From Calcarisporiella thermophila CBS 279.70 (lineage: Eukaryota; Fungi; Calcarisporiellomycota), in contig NW_027192191.1 of the NCBI RefSeq assembly GCF_041956535.1, forward strand, positions 495,267 through 559,266: a DNA stretch of 64,000 bases. Direction: 5' to 3'. Below the pieces are notes generated by a model. It was given only the letters and a program-made list of their open reading frames with translations. It did not search any database and was not told the DNA's origin. A program made the translations under genes and the position numbers. Below are positions 11,959 to 24,600 of the stretch, piece after piece (position 1 is the stretch's first letter; every line of letters starts with the position of its first letter).

Positions 11959-13657
11959 ATGAGCATTCTTTTTATACTCATAACCCATTTATATTTGTTA
12001 TCAAAGGGAGCATTAATCTTGGCTCCAATGTTTGCCTATGTGATGTATCATCGCATCCAGGGCCAGCCTCCATCTTCTGATCGTAAGAAAAAGTTGACTC
12101 AGCACGATGTTCCAGGGCCAATAGTGGATCCAGGACAAGGAAGTTTGCCTGATATTGCCGTTGCCGGTGGGCTTATTCCTTTCGTTCGAAGTTTGCATTC
12201 GAACTACGGCCCCATCGCCCGTTTCTATCTGACTCCTGGCGAACCTGTAATAAGTGTTGCAGATTCGGAGATTATAAAGAAGTCTGGATTACTTCAAGCT
12301 GGTAGCCGTCCAAAGGACATGTTTGCATTTCTGACTCCATTAATTGGAAGTGATAATCTACAAATCTACGATGCAAAACGAGCGGACTTAGCGCGAAGAC
12401 GGTTTGCTCCCGCTCTTAGCCATCAGGGTAAATTCTTTTTCTTGAAAAAAAAAATGTAAAATTTTTTCACCTGCTTTCTTCTGGTTCATAGTGATTTCAA
12501 CCAAATACCGCGATATCCTTGATATCATCCACTCTCTTTTCGATAGGTGGGACAGGCAGATAGAGAAAGGCCAGGACATTATAGCAATGCAAACCGAACT
12601 CATGTGGTTCGGTCTGATGGCGATAGTTAAAACTGCACTGAGGTAAGGGGTTTCATCCTAACTATCCTGGTTGGTAGTTAACCTGCTACATTTTGTAAGC
12701 GTGGACCTGGGAAACTATGACATGCAAAAATTTAAGAGTGCTTATGATGCATCGATGAGTGGGCTTTTTGACAAACAGTTTGGTAACCTTGGCACGTACT
12801 CCCAGGAGGAAATTGATACATCCCTTGCTTTCTTACACCAAACCATTCACTCTTTGGTGGAGGATCGGCGCAATACCAGAGCGGCACAGTCCAAAGGGCA
12901 GACTACTGACAGAGACCTCTTTGATATCCTACTCACCGAAACCGATCCCACCACCGGCGAGCCGTTTTCGGAAGAGATGATCTCATCGCATTTCTCAGTT
13001 TTTATCCTCGCAGGTTATCATACAACGGCCATCTCCATTGCATGGGCTATCTTTGCCCTTACGCAGCATCCTGAGATGGAGCAAAGGCTCTACGAAGAGG
13101 TCTCCTCGGTTTTAGGAGATCGGGTCCCGCAGCTTAGTGGTAGGCCCTTTCTTGCAAGATTGTGTGCTGAGATCAAGTCAGACACCCCTTTAATCTAGCT
13201 TCACTCCACTTCAATAGATTTCGACAAGATGCCGTTTCTCAACAACTTTATCAAGGAGACTTTGCGAGTGCACACAATAGGCCCGTTTGCTTCTCGTCAA
13301 CTTGATGCGCCCACGCTTATCGGTGAATATGAGGTCGATGCTGGAACCACTATATTTCTTCCTATTTGCGTAATCCATTCGAGTGAAGCCGAGTGGGGAC
13401 CCGACGCCGCTAAATTCAATCCTGACAGATTCGCCAAAGGATTAAAGCCACCCATCTCGTACTGTCCTTTTGGGCTTGGAGCTCGGATATGCCCAGGCGA
13501 TCGGTTAGCAATGGTAGAAATCCGAGCGGTGATCGCTTGTTTGGTGCAGCGCTATAAATTTGAGCTTGCGATGCCGCCCGAAGAGGTGGTGCCGATGGAG
13601 CGCTTTGTAGCCATGGCCAAAAATGATATCCATGTGAGGTTATGCAGGCGTTCTTGA
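11959..13657 (+). CDS. Cytochrome P450, CYP20-like (4 exons)
   Basis: N-terminal TM anchor, I-helix AGYHTT, ETLR (ExxR), FNPDRF and the heme motif FGLGARICPG. The segment GSLPDIAVAGGLIPFVRSLHSNYGPIARF resembles the animal CYP20 N-terminus. Confidence 0.9.
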
Positions 13658-14181
13658 GCACTTTTTCATAGTGATATATATCCATGCAGACAATTTATTC
13701 TCACCCTTGTGTATTCTACGATTTGCAATATATTCCTTATAGTGCAGCACGAGAACATTTCTCAATATCTCTTATCGATTATGCTCTAATTTTGATTTGG
13801 AATCTATGAAGCAATAAAATTGTGAGCCCGTACTTGCGCTGCCTAAGGAAAGCTAGGTGATTTTGTATTTTATGATGGTGTACACACCCTTGTCTATCTG
13901 GGGGAGGGAGATAAACGGGGATAAAACCGGTGTGGCATGGAATATATCCGACTTTGGGTTGAGTGAAAAATTACATAAAAAATTGAAATTCGAAGGAAAT
14001 TAGATGCAGATAAATAATCGAAATAAAGGGATAAATTGTGGAAAGGGGTCCAAACAGCCGATGGTATAAATGCCCCTTTATGGCGGTGAATAACAGAAAC
14101 TATTTACAAATCGGTGAGGAGAGCAGAAAAATAACAAAACCGGATCTGTCAAAATTGAGGGGTAAATAGGGCGAAGTCGAC

Positions 14182-16693
14182 TCATTTAGAATCCCACTTA
14201 TATACATGCAATTGGTTATCCGTCAAGGCAGCCAAAATATCTACGTTTGGCCCGAGAACACATCGTTTCACATCGATTACGTTGACACGTGTTTGTTGAG
14301 CGCCGAGGCTTAATTCTTCGGTCGTGCCTTGCTCATCCCAGAGTAACAACTATGTGCACTCAATGTAAGTTTTGGTTAACTGAGAGAAAGTTTTAAGCTC
14401 CATGAGATAAAGTGTCCTTACCGATCCTGAAGCTTCGTCTCCAGCGCACACATAAGTTCGAAATCTATTTTCCTCATCCCATCTTGAGAATATGTGAGTC
14501 CTTGCGAGATGTGCTTGTCTTGATTGCCATCGATCGATAGTGATGCCTTGATTCAAAGTGGGATTAGTCCCATTGTTAGCGAGTGCACTCAATACATGTG
14601 TGGTGGCACACTGAGGAATGCTACGAAGAGAAGCAAGGATCTTGGAGGAGATGGGATCATAAGAAACTGAATAAAAAGAGGTTCCTGAAGGGGGGGGACA
14701 AGAAAATGAGTCAACACTGTTCGTATGGAGGAAATGCAGGAGCCTACCAGGCTTCTTGATATCAAAGACAGTGCACTGTTTCGTTTCTTGCGGCTGAGAG
14801 TTTGTTTCCGTCGGATCACATAACATGAAAGTGTTTTCGGTATTAGCGCCAAGCAGCCCCCGTAAGCCCGACTCTCCCGGCTGCGAGATGTATACCAGCG
14901 AATGTACTGGACTCCCTCCAATCAACCCACGGTCTCTGAAGCATGAGACGTGAGTACGAGTGTTGCGAATGTCAAATGTCATCACTGAACCATTAGCGAG
15001 ACCAGCGAAGAGATAATACGGTCGATCAATGTCCCAACAACATGACCATCCCGGCGCCTCCAATGAATATCTAGACATTCCACAATAAAGTTGGCATTTA
15101 ATAGGTTCGGAAAATAAAAACGAGAGTAATATTGGATATTTTACACTTGAATGGCCATATTCCCAACTAAGGAGGATATTTTCAGGGTTCGGTCGAGGCC
15201 GGTAGTCAGAACGTGCTTCTCTCCATGCGGGTTAAATTGCACATCGCGCACGGGCTTTGAATGAACGGGAAGAAACTCCTGGTGAGCGCTGTCGTGTAGA
15301 CTAATTTTGACTATTCCGTGATGTGTGAACGCTTGATTCGCACCCCAAGACTTGCTTACAATAAGCATTTCGTCATTTGAATTAAAAGCCATGACACGAG
15401 CTGCGTTTGGCTGAAAGAGACAAAGAAAATGTTAAAAAAATAGAGATAAATCAGACTGGTGAGATACCCCGTACTTGATTGGAAATAGTAATTGTTTCGC
15501 GAGGGTAGAATTTTTCGATAACACTGGGCGTACTGCTTCTATTACTGTCCGCCGCCATTGGAATGTTCTGGAGTGCCAGCAGTCTCTTATATCTAAATAA
15601 ATAGAGTCGATTACCACAAATCTCAAATGAGCGGTTTTACTTGAATATGCTTACTTAGTGACCTCTTCATATAGAGCAACATTATCGTTTCGTAGGCGTT
15701 CAATCATGTCATTCTTTTTAACGAGCTCATTGCGAATCATTTGTAAAGCGAGATTCATATTTGCATGTTCAATCTCTGCACTTTGGCGAGCAATTTTTTC
15801 GCGCTTTAGTTCCTCCAATAACTCCTCTTTCTCTGTGGTGTCTGTCGCGATAACCTTCTTAGCATATATTACTCGGATATCCCTAGTTTTGCCTGGTGTG
15901 CTATTTTCAAATGAATATACTTAGGTAAATAGGAATATACTAAGTATGGAAAAACATAGCAACCAGCTTACTTGCACTCCGGACATCGTGATATTTTATC
16001 TTTCTTTGATCTTAAAAACCATTTCTTTATACATCTAACAGTTACGACATTAGTGTTGCAAGAAAAAGGGTCAGCTTTTAAAACATAACTTACTGCATCC
16101 CGAATATGTGTCCACACTTAATAGATACCATCCGGTGCGCTCCATTGGAAGCTAGAGGCTCAAAGCAAATGGAGCACAAATTCCCCTATATACAAGGAAT
16201 TTAAGGCTGCTTTCTTGATCAAAATGTGAATTATGATCTTCACCTCTTCTTCTTCTTCCTCCACTTTCCTGTCTCCATTCGACTCATCCTGTGATGGAGG
16301 GGTGTTTTCACGCTGTCGTTTCTGAGGAATGATAGGAGTCTGAAACACATCAGAAGATGAGTTTTGCTGTGCGAGCTGTGGGATCCTTTGTGGTTGAGAT
16401 GGAAGTTGCGCTGCCTCTTCTACCTGTTCTCCTTCCTCTTCTTGATCCTCTTGCGTGACTACGTCTGGAATTTCCCTGCCTGCCACCTCGAAAGCGTTTG
16501 CTAGTGCATCTGGTATTACGATTGGTTGGATCTCATGTTGTTCTTCTATAATAAGCTCTTCCACCCCTATATCTCGTTGTGCAGGCACTACTTCAGGCGC
16601 TGATTCTAGGAAATCCTCATTTTCGGTTTCTGCCTCTTCCTCAGTGTCACTTCCAAGAACAATTGCATCTTCAGTATTAATATTAGTTGACAT
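14182..16693 (-). CDS. RFWD3: RING + coiled-coil + WD40 E3 ubiquitin ligase, RFWD3 homolog; multi-exon
   Basis: Acidic N-terminus, then a RING exon CSICFEPLASNGAHRMVSIKCGHIFG...CIKKWF...CPEC and a coiled coil. The WD40 region includes VHSKPVRDVQF and WSCCWD...LFAGLANGSVMTFDIR. Confidence 0.85.
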
Positions 16694-16912
16694 TGGTTGT
16701 GATATTGGAGCGCTCCTTCGCGTCAGCAGTCATAAATCCGATTTTGACATATGCGGCGCAGATTTGGACACATTTAGTTAATGAGGTTGACGAAAAGTCA
16801 AACTGGTTATAAATAATGAGTCACTTGGCAGAGCGTCAAATATAAGTAATTGACCCTTGGGTCAATTTTTCATTTTCTATTCATTGGCGTCCAAAAAAAA
16901 ACCATTCAGGCC

Positions 16913-17746
16913 ATGGCAAGAAAATTTGGTAAGCGCTCTTCCCCTTACATTATCAAGGATGGAAGACGCATTCGGTTAAGAGCTGGGATGCCTAAGGGTT
17001 CGCTTGATCACGTTGATATTGACGACGATGTTGAAAGTTAGTTTTTTAACCCCAAGCAATTTTTATGTCTGCATAACCTCATTCCAATTTTTAGCCCTCA
17101 AGGTCTACCCCTTAACCAAGGAGGAAAGATTAGTTTTCATCAGTCCGAAAAGCCAAAGACGCGTTACAGAATTTCAATTTAAGGTCTACGACCTATGTTC
17201 ACAGGTATAGTCTTCATTGCCATCTTCATTTCAAATCATTCTAACTGTACGTATATTTATTTTGCCCTAGGTTCCCCGCGGTAAAACTCCTTTCCTCCCT
17301 CTGTCTTAGCTTTTTAGTTCTTCTCGTCATAGCTATTACTAATACTAGAGCAAAAAAATTTTTTTATATTTATCAGGCTATGTAACCACATATAAATATA
17401 TCTCCGACGCTCTAGGCGGTTCCCCTCGTGCCGTTGGTCAAGCATTGCGCAACAATCCATTTGCGCCACTTCCTGTTCCATGTCATCGAGTTATCTCTTC
17501 GGATTTCTACTTGGGAGGTTTCGATGGGTATATGAATACAGATTGCTTTTTAAATGGCAGTGGTTAGTTAAGGGTCTAATGATTCATTTTCATTGTAATA
17601 GCGAATGGGGTGAGGGTGGGCCGTGTGGATTTGTGAACGCGAAGCGCGCCAAACTGTTGAAAGAGGGATTGCAATTCTCAGAGGATGGCTATCTTCAGGA
17701 GGAGATGCAGAAAACGCGTGTATTCAAAGATTTCAAACCTGTGTAG
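16913..17746 (+). CDS. MGT1: O6-methylguanine-DNA methyltransferase (MGMT/Mgt1); multi-exon with a 10-nt microexon
   Basis: Spliced product [22 protein letters not shown]...[25 protein letters not shown] contains the catalytic PCHR motif. Confidence 0.9.
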
Positions 17747-17993
17747 TTCAAGCTTTATTTTTATATCATATTCATCTGTCAAAAGTTGCCATCATTATTA
17801 GTAAATAAACTGAAATATAATCGCATATAGAGTAGTGAATTGGTTCTCTCTGTTACTTTAAGCTTTATTGTGGCTTATACTTCTGCTTTTCTTTTATTGC
17901 AAAGCTTTCGTTTAATTGAGCTTGAGACGCGTCAGTTTACTATTGATTTCCAGCTATTTAGACGAGCGTAAGTGTGAATTTCTGTTGCATCCA

Positions 17994-19037
17994 ATGTTTC
18001 GAAGAGCACCCAAAAAGGCCACCTCCGCTCCTTCATCGACTACGACCTCGTCACAACATTCCCTCGCGGCGGTTGGTGATCTCTCCTCAGTCGACCTCCC
18101 ACGCTTTCTGCAAGGATTACAATCCGCTGACCAAGGGGCCTGGCGCCGCCTCGTCGAAAAGTACAAGCATCTCAATTCCATCGAGGATGAACGCGCCGCT
18201 CATGCCAACGATCCCTCTTTTGAATACTCAATGTGTGCGGGTCTCTCAGATGATCGGGACCGCAACCGCTATGCCGACATTTTACCTTACGATCATTCCC
18301 GCGTGAAACTGACACCGGTTGGGAAAAATGGTGATGACTATATTAACGCAAGCTATGTAGAGGCCGGGGCGACGAAATATGTGACAACACAGGGTCCACT
18401 AGACAGGACTATCCCAGATTTTTGGCAGATGGTGTGGGAAACTCGATCAAGGGTCATTGTAATGCTGACACGTGAGCAGGAGGGAAGCAGAGGAAAATGC
18501 AGCCGGTACTGGCCGGTGGGCGATAAATCTGATAAAGCGTTTGAGTTTTCGAAGTGGGGTGGAAAGGTCTCGTTCGTCAAACAAGAATTGGACAAGCGTG
18601 CCGAGTGTATGGTGCGTGAATTCAAGCTGACACGTAATGGTGAGGAGCGAATTATTTGGCAATGCCATTACTTGGGGTGGCCGGACCATGGGGTGCCCGA
18701 GTCTCCCCAGGGTGCGCTCGAACTCGTAGCCCTGTCGCGTGCTCTTAGACGTCGAGCTCCCGACGCCGGGCCAATGATCGTCCACTGCGCTGCGGGGGTC
18801 GGTCGCTCTGGTACATTTTGTGTCATTGACACATGCCTCTCGCGGATTAATGAATGGATGCGTGCGGAGAAGGAGGAAGCTCCGGGTGAAGCTAGAGATA
18901 TGATCTACGAGGTGGTGAAGCGGTTCCGTGAGCAGCGTCGCTCCATGGTTCAAACGCTCCCCCAGTACGAGTATTGTTACTGGACGCTCTTTCATGCTCT
19001 CGCTACGTCCTTTGACCCTGAAGGGCGCGAACTGTAA
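17994..19037 (+). CDS. Classical protein tyrosine phosphatase (single exon)
   Basis: RNRYADILPYD, DYINASY, DFWQMVWE, WPD loop, HCAAGVGRSG P-loop and Q-loop MVQTLPQY. Confidence 0.95.
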   Translation: MFRRAPKKATSAPSSTTTSSQHSLAAVGDLSSVDLPRFLQGLQSADQGAWRRLVEKYKHLNSIEDERAAHANDPSFEYSMCAGLSDDRDRNRYADILPYDHSRVKLTPVGKNGDDYINASYVEAGATKYVTTQGPLDRTIPDFWQMVWETRSRVIVMLTREQEGSRGKCSRYWPVGDKSDKAFEFSKWGGKVSFVKQELDKRAECMVREFKLTRNGEERIIWQCHYLGWPDHGVPESPQGALELVALSRALRRRAPDAGPMIVHCAAGVGRSGTFCVIDTCLSRINEWMRAEKEEAPGEARDMIYEVVKRFREQRRSMVQTLPQYEYCYWTLFHALATSFDPEGREL

Positions 19038-19498
19038 CTTAATTGGCTATGGGCTTTATGCGAAAAAAATTATTTTTATAGACTTGGCCTTGAAAGAGTA
19101 CATAGCTTTGATGCTATTCTCAATGTTTCTGATTTGTTGTGTTATCTTTTAACCCTTGACCCACAAAGGACATTATCCCTCTTTATCTGATGGCTTTCTT
19201 TTGATTCTCTTTTTTTCCCTTTGAATTTAATCTTGTGTGATATTCTTATTCGCTTATTTTATAATGGATATTTATGTAGAATATAAGAAAAAAGAAAGTG
19301 ATATACATTTGGAAAAAAAACAACATAATTGTCCAAATTTTGCGAGTCAACGCGTCAAAAAAAAAGGAAACAAAAAGAATTAGATATGCCTTATATATAG
19401 AAAATAGAGTAATTAATAAAAAAAAATAGAGCCAATATAATCAAAGTTGAAATTATTATAGAATAAAAATTTTAGCTTAATATATATATTCTTCTGCC

Positions 19499-22400
19499 CT
19501 AATCAGGTACAACAGCATTCTGGTTATTTGCTTTCTCCTCACCAGCGACGGTATGGTCATGATTCCCTGACCATCCAACATCGCTCGATCTCCGCTCAAT
19601 GGAATTCGGCTCCGGAGAATCAGGTACGAGACGATATTCTGGGAAGCTTGCCCGCCGTGGAGAGATTAGATCGGCAGGTGCTGGATCTTCACCACTCATG
19701 GGATACTCAGACCCCATTGTCGGCAGTGTAATTTCCCTTAAAGTTTCGTCGGGGTCGATGTGCTCAATCAAATAGTCACCAGTCGATTCTGGGACGTAGT
19801 TGTGGAGGACTTGGTTGTCATTTAGTAAGGAATTCTCGTGTTCAGAGAGGATCGGTGAATCTAGGTCCTCTTTTTTTCTGGTAGTATACAGGTCTAATGC
19901 TTCTGAAATCTCGACTCTTTCTCTATCATCCGAATCTTTCTTAGGACCTTCCTCCGCCGACAATTTCTCATCCTCCACTGCGGCCTTTCCTTTTTCCTCG
20001 TCTCTCGCCTTTTCCTTTTCCTCCTCTTTATCCACTCCTCCACGCAGTTCTACCGAGGAGGCCACACGTCTCATGCTAACTCCACCCACTCCTTCACCCG
20101 CATCTACCGTATCAGACCCTCCCCTCTTTCTCCATCGCATTGCCCCACGACGGCCAGGGTATCCATTCAAATTCAGATTCGCCATCGCAAGCATTGGGAG
20201 AAGGGCGTTGAGACTCCCCCGCGAAAACACCATAAACATTAGGATCACTAGGAGAAGGAAGAGCTGCACAAAGTTCAACCGCTTCTCAAATATTACTTCG
20301 TCTGCCATTAAAAGAAGTTTGGAGGTAAGCTCGTTGATCTCCATGCGCGTGCGTTCTCGGTTGGTTTCCATTTCAAGAATAGTGGCCTGCCAGAGATGCT
20401 CATATTTACGCTTTAAAAACTCAATTCGTTTGATTGCCGTGTCATTAAAGTGTCCAACTAGCAAGCGAAGCTGCTGTGTGTGCGAGTTCTCCATTTTCGC
20501 AAGGACCTCGTATAGCATTTTGCTCTGCTCTTCCAAATACTGTTGAGATAGCGTTGCATTAAGCTCAAGAACGCTAAGACGTTTCATGATATTTTTATAG
20601 ATTGACTCTTGGGTGCCAGGTGCAGAGGCACCAAACTGAGGACCAGTTCCTGCAAATTGGAGAGGCTCCTGTTTTATAGGTTGCTGCTGTGGAATCTGCT
20701 GATGAGAAGCTTGTTGCGATGGCTGTGGTTGTTGTGATTGGGACAGCGAAGCTTGTGCTTGCAACGTGGATGAAGCTAGAGAGTTATCATCAAGTGAAGG
20801 CGATGCTACCTCAGGAGATCTTGACAAACTCGTTGGCTTTGTCTCGTGATCCTCCTCACTAGAAATCGTTCCATTCGAAGAGACATCCATATCAGTTGAT
20901 GCTGTGGCTGTGGTTGCTAGAGTCTCGCTGGGAAGAGGATGGACTTCTGGAAGTGGCGTCGTGATAGACTCCACGCTATCAACATTCTCAGTCGCTTCTA
21001 AAGTGCTCTCGACTCCAGTACTGCTAGAAACCATAGGCTCTGTATTCTTGGAAAGTGAAGGCATCTCGGGGGTTTCCTCTGCTTTACGGTCGGGCCCAAA
21101 CCATTTTTTAGAATTTAGAGATTCACGCAATTCCGTAAGCACGCTAGATGTAATCGGTAGGGTTTCGACTTGGGGGGTTTGTGCTTCTGCTTTAACGCCT
21201 TTTTCACTCTCCATTGAGACCGGTATACTCCGCGATGCAGGTTCTACCCGCTCGCTATGTCTTATCGAGGAAGTGGACACAATCTTGAATGAGGAGGGCA
21301 ACCATTCTGCATCCTCTTCTGGCTGCTGAACCCCAGCATTTGCCTGTTCTTGAATACGCGTTGATAATTGTGATGCTATCCGGAACTCCTCTTCCTCTTT
21401 CTTGTAACGTTCCATCTGTGACGATCCATACACACGTAGTAGTGTAAGTGGGCAATAATGTTCTTTACCGTAATGCGTAAGAAAATCGATCCGAATATAA
21501 CGCGCCCATATAGGTGGATTTTCGACATTGAAGACCTGCAGGCACACCGTAAACAGATGAACAAAACTTAAAACACCATTGACAATTAAAAGGAATTACA
21601 TTACCTGAATCTCTCGGGCATTGCGGGCCTGAAAATACCCAAGCAGCCTCCACACATCGGCTCGGTGAGGATTTCGATCCGACACGGATATCTTCATATC
21701 CTTAAAGATCGATGAGAAGAATTCAAAGTTTGCCAACATTACTGTATCTATAAGAATTTCATCGCACAATTCAACAACAACATATTTTTGCGCCGAGCAT
21801 TTGTTAAGCATGTAACGGTCTTTATCCTCGGTGAGAATGGCGCGAGCACCTTTGGCTTCTTTATTGGCGCCAACTACAACAGCACCACAATCAAAGGAGG
21901 CATAGTTTAAACGCTCTCTAGTCTCTTCCAGGAGCTTTTCCACATCTGATACTACCGCGTGCCTGAGCTGCTTCTGGGGAGGAGATGTGTTTTTCTGGTT
22001 TATTAACTGTTGGTCATCGGACTCGTGGTAATCTGACGTAGCCGAGGAAGGATCTGAACTCTCAAAAATGGCTCCAATATCCCCAGCACCGTCAATGCTA
22101 TCTAGAAATTGATCGCGTGGATCCGCAACCCGACGTTTCTGTGTTCTTTGACGTCTGGTATCTTCCTCTTGGCCCATTAAAGCAAGTGCTCGTTTACGCC
22201 ATTCGGAAAAGAAGAGGAATCGAGGCCTTTCACCCGCTGAGTTATTCCCATTTTCGGTGGCAATTCCTATCTCAGGAGAAGAAAGCGAAGAGGAAGAGGA
22301 AGAATAAGAGAAGGAAGAGGGTGAAAAGGAGGGCAATCCCTCTGACAGCATTTCAGATAATGTCGCGTCAGAAGAAATAGTTTCCGCCTGCAACTCTCTT

Positions 22401-22771
22401 TCGATACTCTTCACAGTAGGCAATGGCTCATCTCCAGGAGTGAATGTCAGTGAATCTCCTGCTCTTCCTTCTATGAAAGAAAGTGGCGATGAAGAAGTCG
22501 ATAGTAATGAGGATGACGATGGAATGGGTAAAGATACAGAGACCGGATGGAGAAGGTCATCCCCTTCTTTTACAAGATCTATGGGATCACTAAGGAAGGC
22601 CGGGATACAGGCATGATCGTCAATAGCAGGAAGGGGACAAACAAATGGATTTGGTTGTCGTATAGAGCAAACACAATTATCTATATCTTGTTGGTTAATT
22701 GCTGCAGTGACGAGTAGGGCATTGTACAGTGTGTAGACCCAAAGGGTGGCTGTCAGCACTGCATTCCGCAT
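19499..22771 (-). CDS. SLP1: Mid-SUN-domain ER membrane protein SLP1/SUCO (2 exons)
   Basis: Signal peptide; SUN domain (NYASFDCGA, DKDRYMLNKC, ANFEFFSS, HYGKEHYCPLTLLRVYG); coiled coil QESIYKNIMKRLSVLELNATLS; a TM helix. Intron at about 21538-21604. Confidence 0.9.
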
Positions 22772-23199
22772 TATAGGAGGTGATCCAGACTTGAAATCAT
22801 TAAAATTGGCAAGTTTTTAGAGCTATTATTATTTTTTGGGGAAGCAACAGCTAATAACTTTAGAATAATATCTGAAACTAACGTGACGTTTGTTAATTCT
22901 CGGACGTGTAAATCAATCATTGAATGTAGCAATATTAACATATTAACTGTTAATAGAGCAAGTTTGGGAATGCAAGTGTGCAATGGAAGCGAGAATTGCT
23001 CAAGCTAATCCTCAACAAAGTATCACTCTACTCTCTTAAAACGAACCCTAGTGGTTACAAAATAGAGTTTATTCGCTCTCCAAATTCTCTTTGTACATCA
23101 GGGAATGGGAATGCAAAAAGAACATGGAAACGGTTTCAGTAAGGGACAAGTAAACGTAATAAACACACAATTGGATGGTAAATCCAGCTCCCAAGAGGC

Positions 23200-23736
23200 T
23201 TAACGGTAACTCTTCTGGTAGCGTGCGCGGGCACCTGGACCACCGAATTTCTTGGGCTCGCACCGGCGAGGGTCCGCAACCAACAAGGTCCTATCATACT
23301 GAACCAAAATGTCGCGGATCTCCTTCTTCGAAGCCTCATCCACATACTTCTGGTAGAAGGCAACAATAGCCTTTGCGATCGCCTGACGGATGGCATAAAC
23401 CTGCGAAGTGTGACCACCACCGCTGACACGGACGCGGATGTCCACGTTTTCGAACTTGTCCTGCCCAACGAGGAGGATAGGCTCGTAAACCTTGAACTTC
23501 AGGATCTCGGGCTCGAGGAGTTCGATGGGAGAACCATTGATGCGGATCAGACCGTGGCCGCGCTTGCAGTGAGCGACGGCAGTTGCGGTTTTCTAAGATG
23601 AATACCAAAACACATTAAACAATGAAAACGACAAAACTGTTGAGATCGTAGCATTTTCACAAAAATGGAAAAGCTAGATCCAAGAATTATAGGAATCGAC
23701 AATCACCTTACGGCCGTAAGTCTGGACGGCTTCCAT
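23200..23736 (-). CDS. RPS16: 40S ribosomal protein S16 (uS9), 2 exons
   Basis: [10 protein letters not shown]|[10 protein letters not shown]...[17 protein letters not shown]...[17 protein letters not shown]. Confidence 0.97.
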
Positions 23737-24600
23737 TTTCTATCAAAGATGAATCGATGTTACAAGAGATTAGCCCATATAGTAAACAGGAGAGAGAAAA
23801 AATCCTTCGGAAATCTATCCCTCAGTATGATGGATGAATGGATGGATGTCTTTACCTGTTATCAAAGGATGCGAAAAAGAGGAGGAAACTCAAAATTCAA
23901 TGTCGAGCAAATTTCAACCCATCCAAAGAAATCGTGGCGCAGTACTTTCAAATAGTTCAATAGGCACTTGCCATTCGTATAAGAATTATTCAAATATAAA
24001 CTCAAATCAGCAATTAGCATGATTGAAGTATTACATCAAATTGCAATAGCGGAATAGTGATCCTTAGAAGTAGATAAAAAGATAGCTTGGAAGGAAAACA
24101 CGTATATATTGATTTTTTTTTTTGGTATCCAAAACTTAGAAAATAACACGATAGTTAGGTGATAAGTTTATAGTTTGAACCCGATCTATCCATTTTAATT
24201 TTCAAGGTCTATATACACAATTCGCTTCGCTTTATTTGCAAGATACAAGACATATATGATTAATAGTGTAGTAAAATTCCAATTTCTCTCCTTGATTAAT
24301 TTAGTAACAATATAGTATCCAGATTTTATGCAAGTGGTAAACATATTCTAAAATTGGTGTTGAATAGATAAGTAGATTCAAATTTAGTAAAACAAAGTAA
24401 AAGAAGAGAAGCTGCATTCATCCATATACAATGCAATAAGAGGAGAGAAGATAAATCAAGTTGGGAATAAAAATAAGTTAAGAGATTATATCAGAAATAA
24501 ACAGAGAAAAGAAGAATAATAAATTAAAGCTTTCTAATAAGGAAAGCATAGTTGAATTCTTTAGATTGGGTAGATCCTGCGAAATGCAGGCTGGCAGCAA

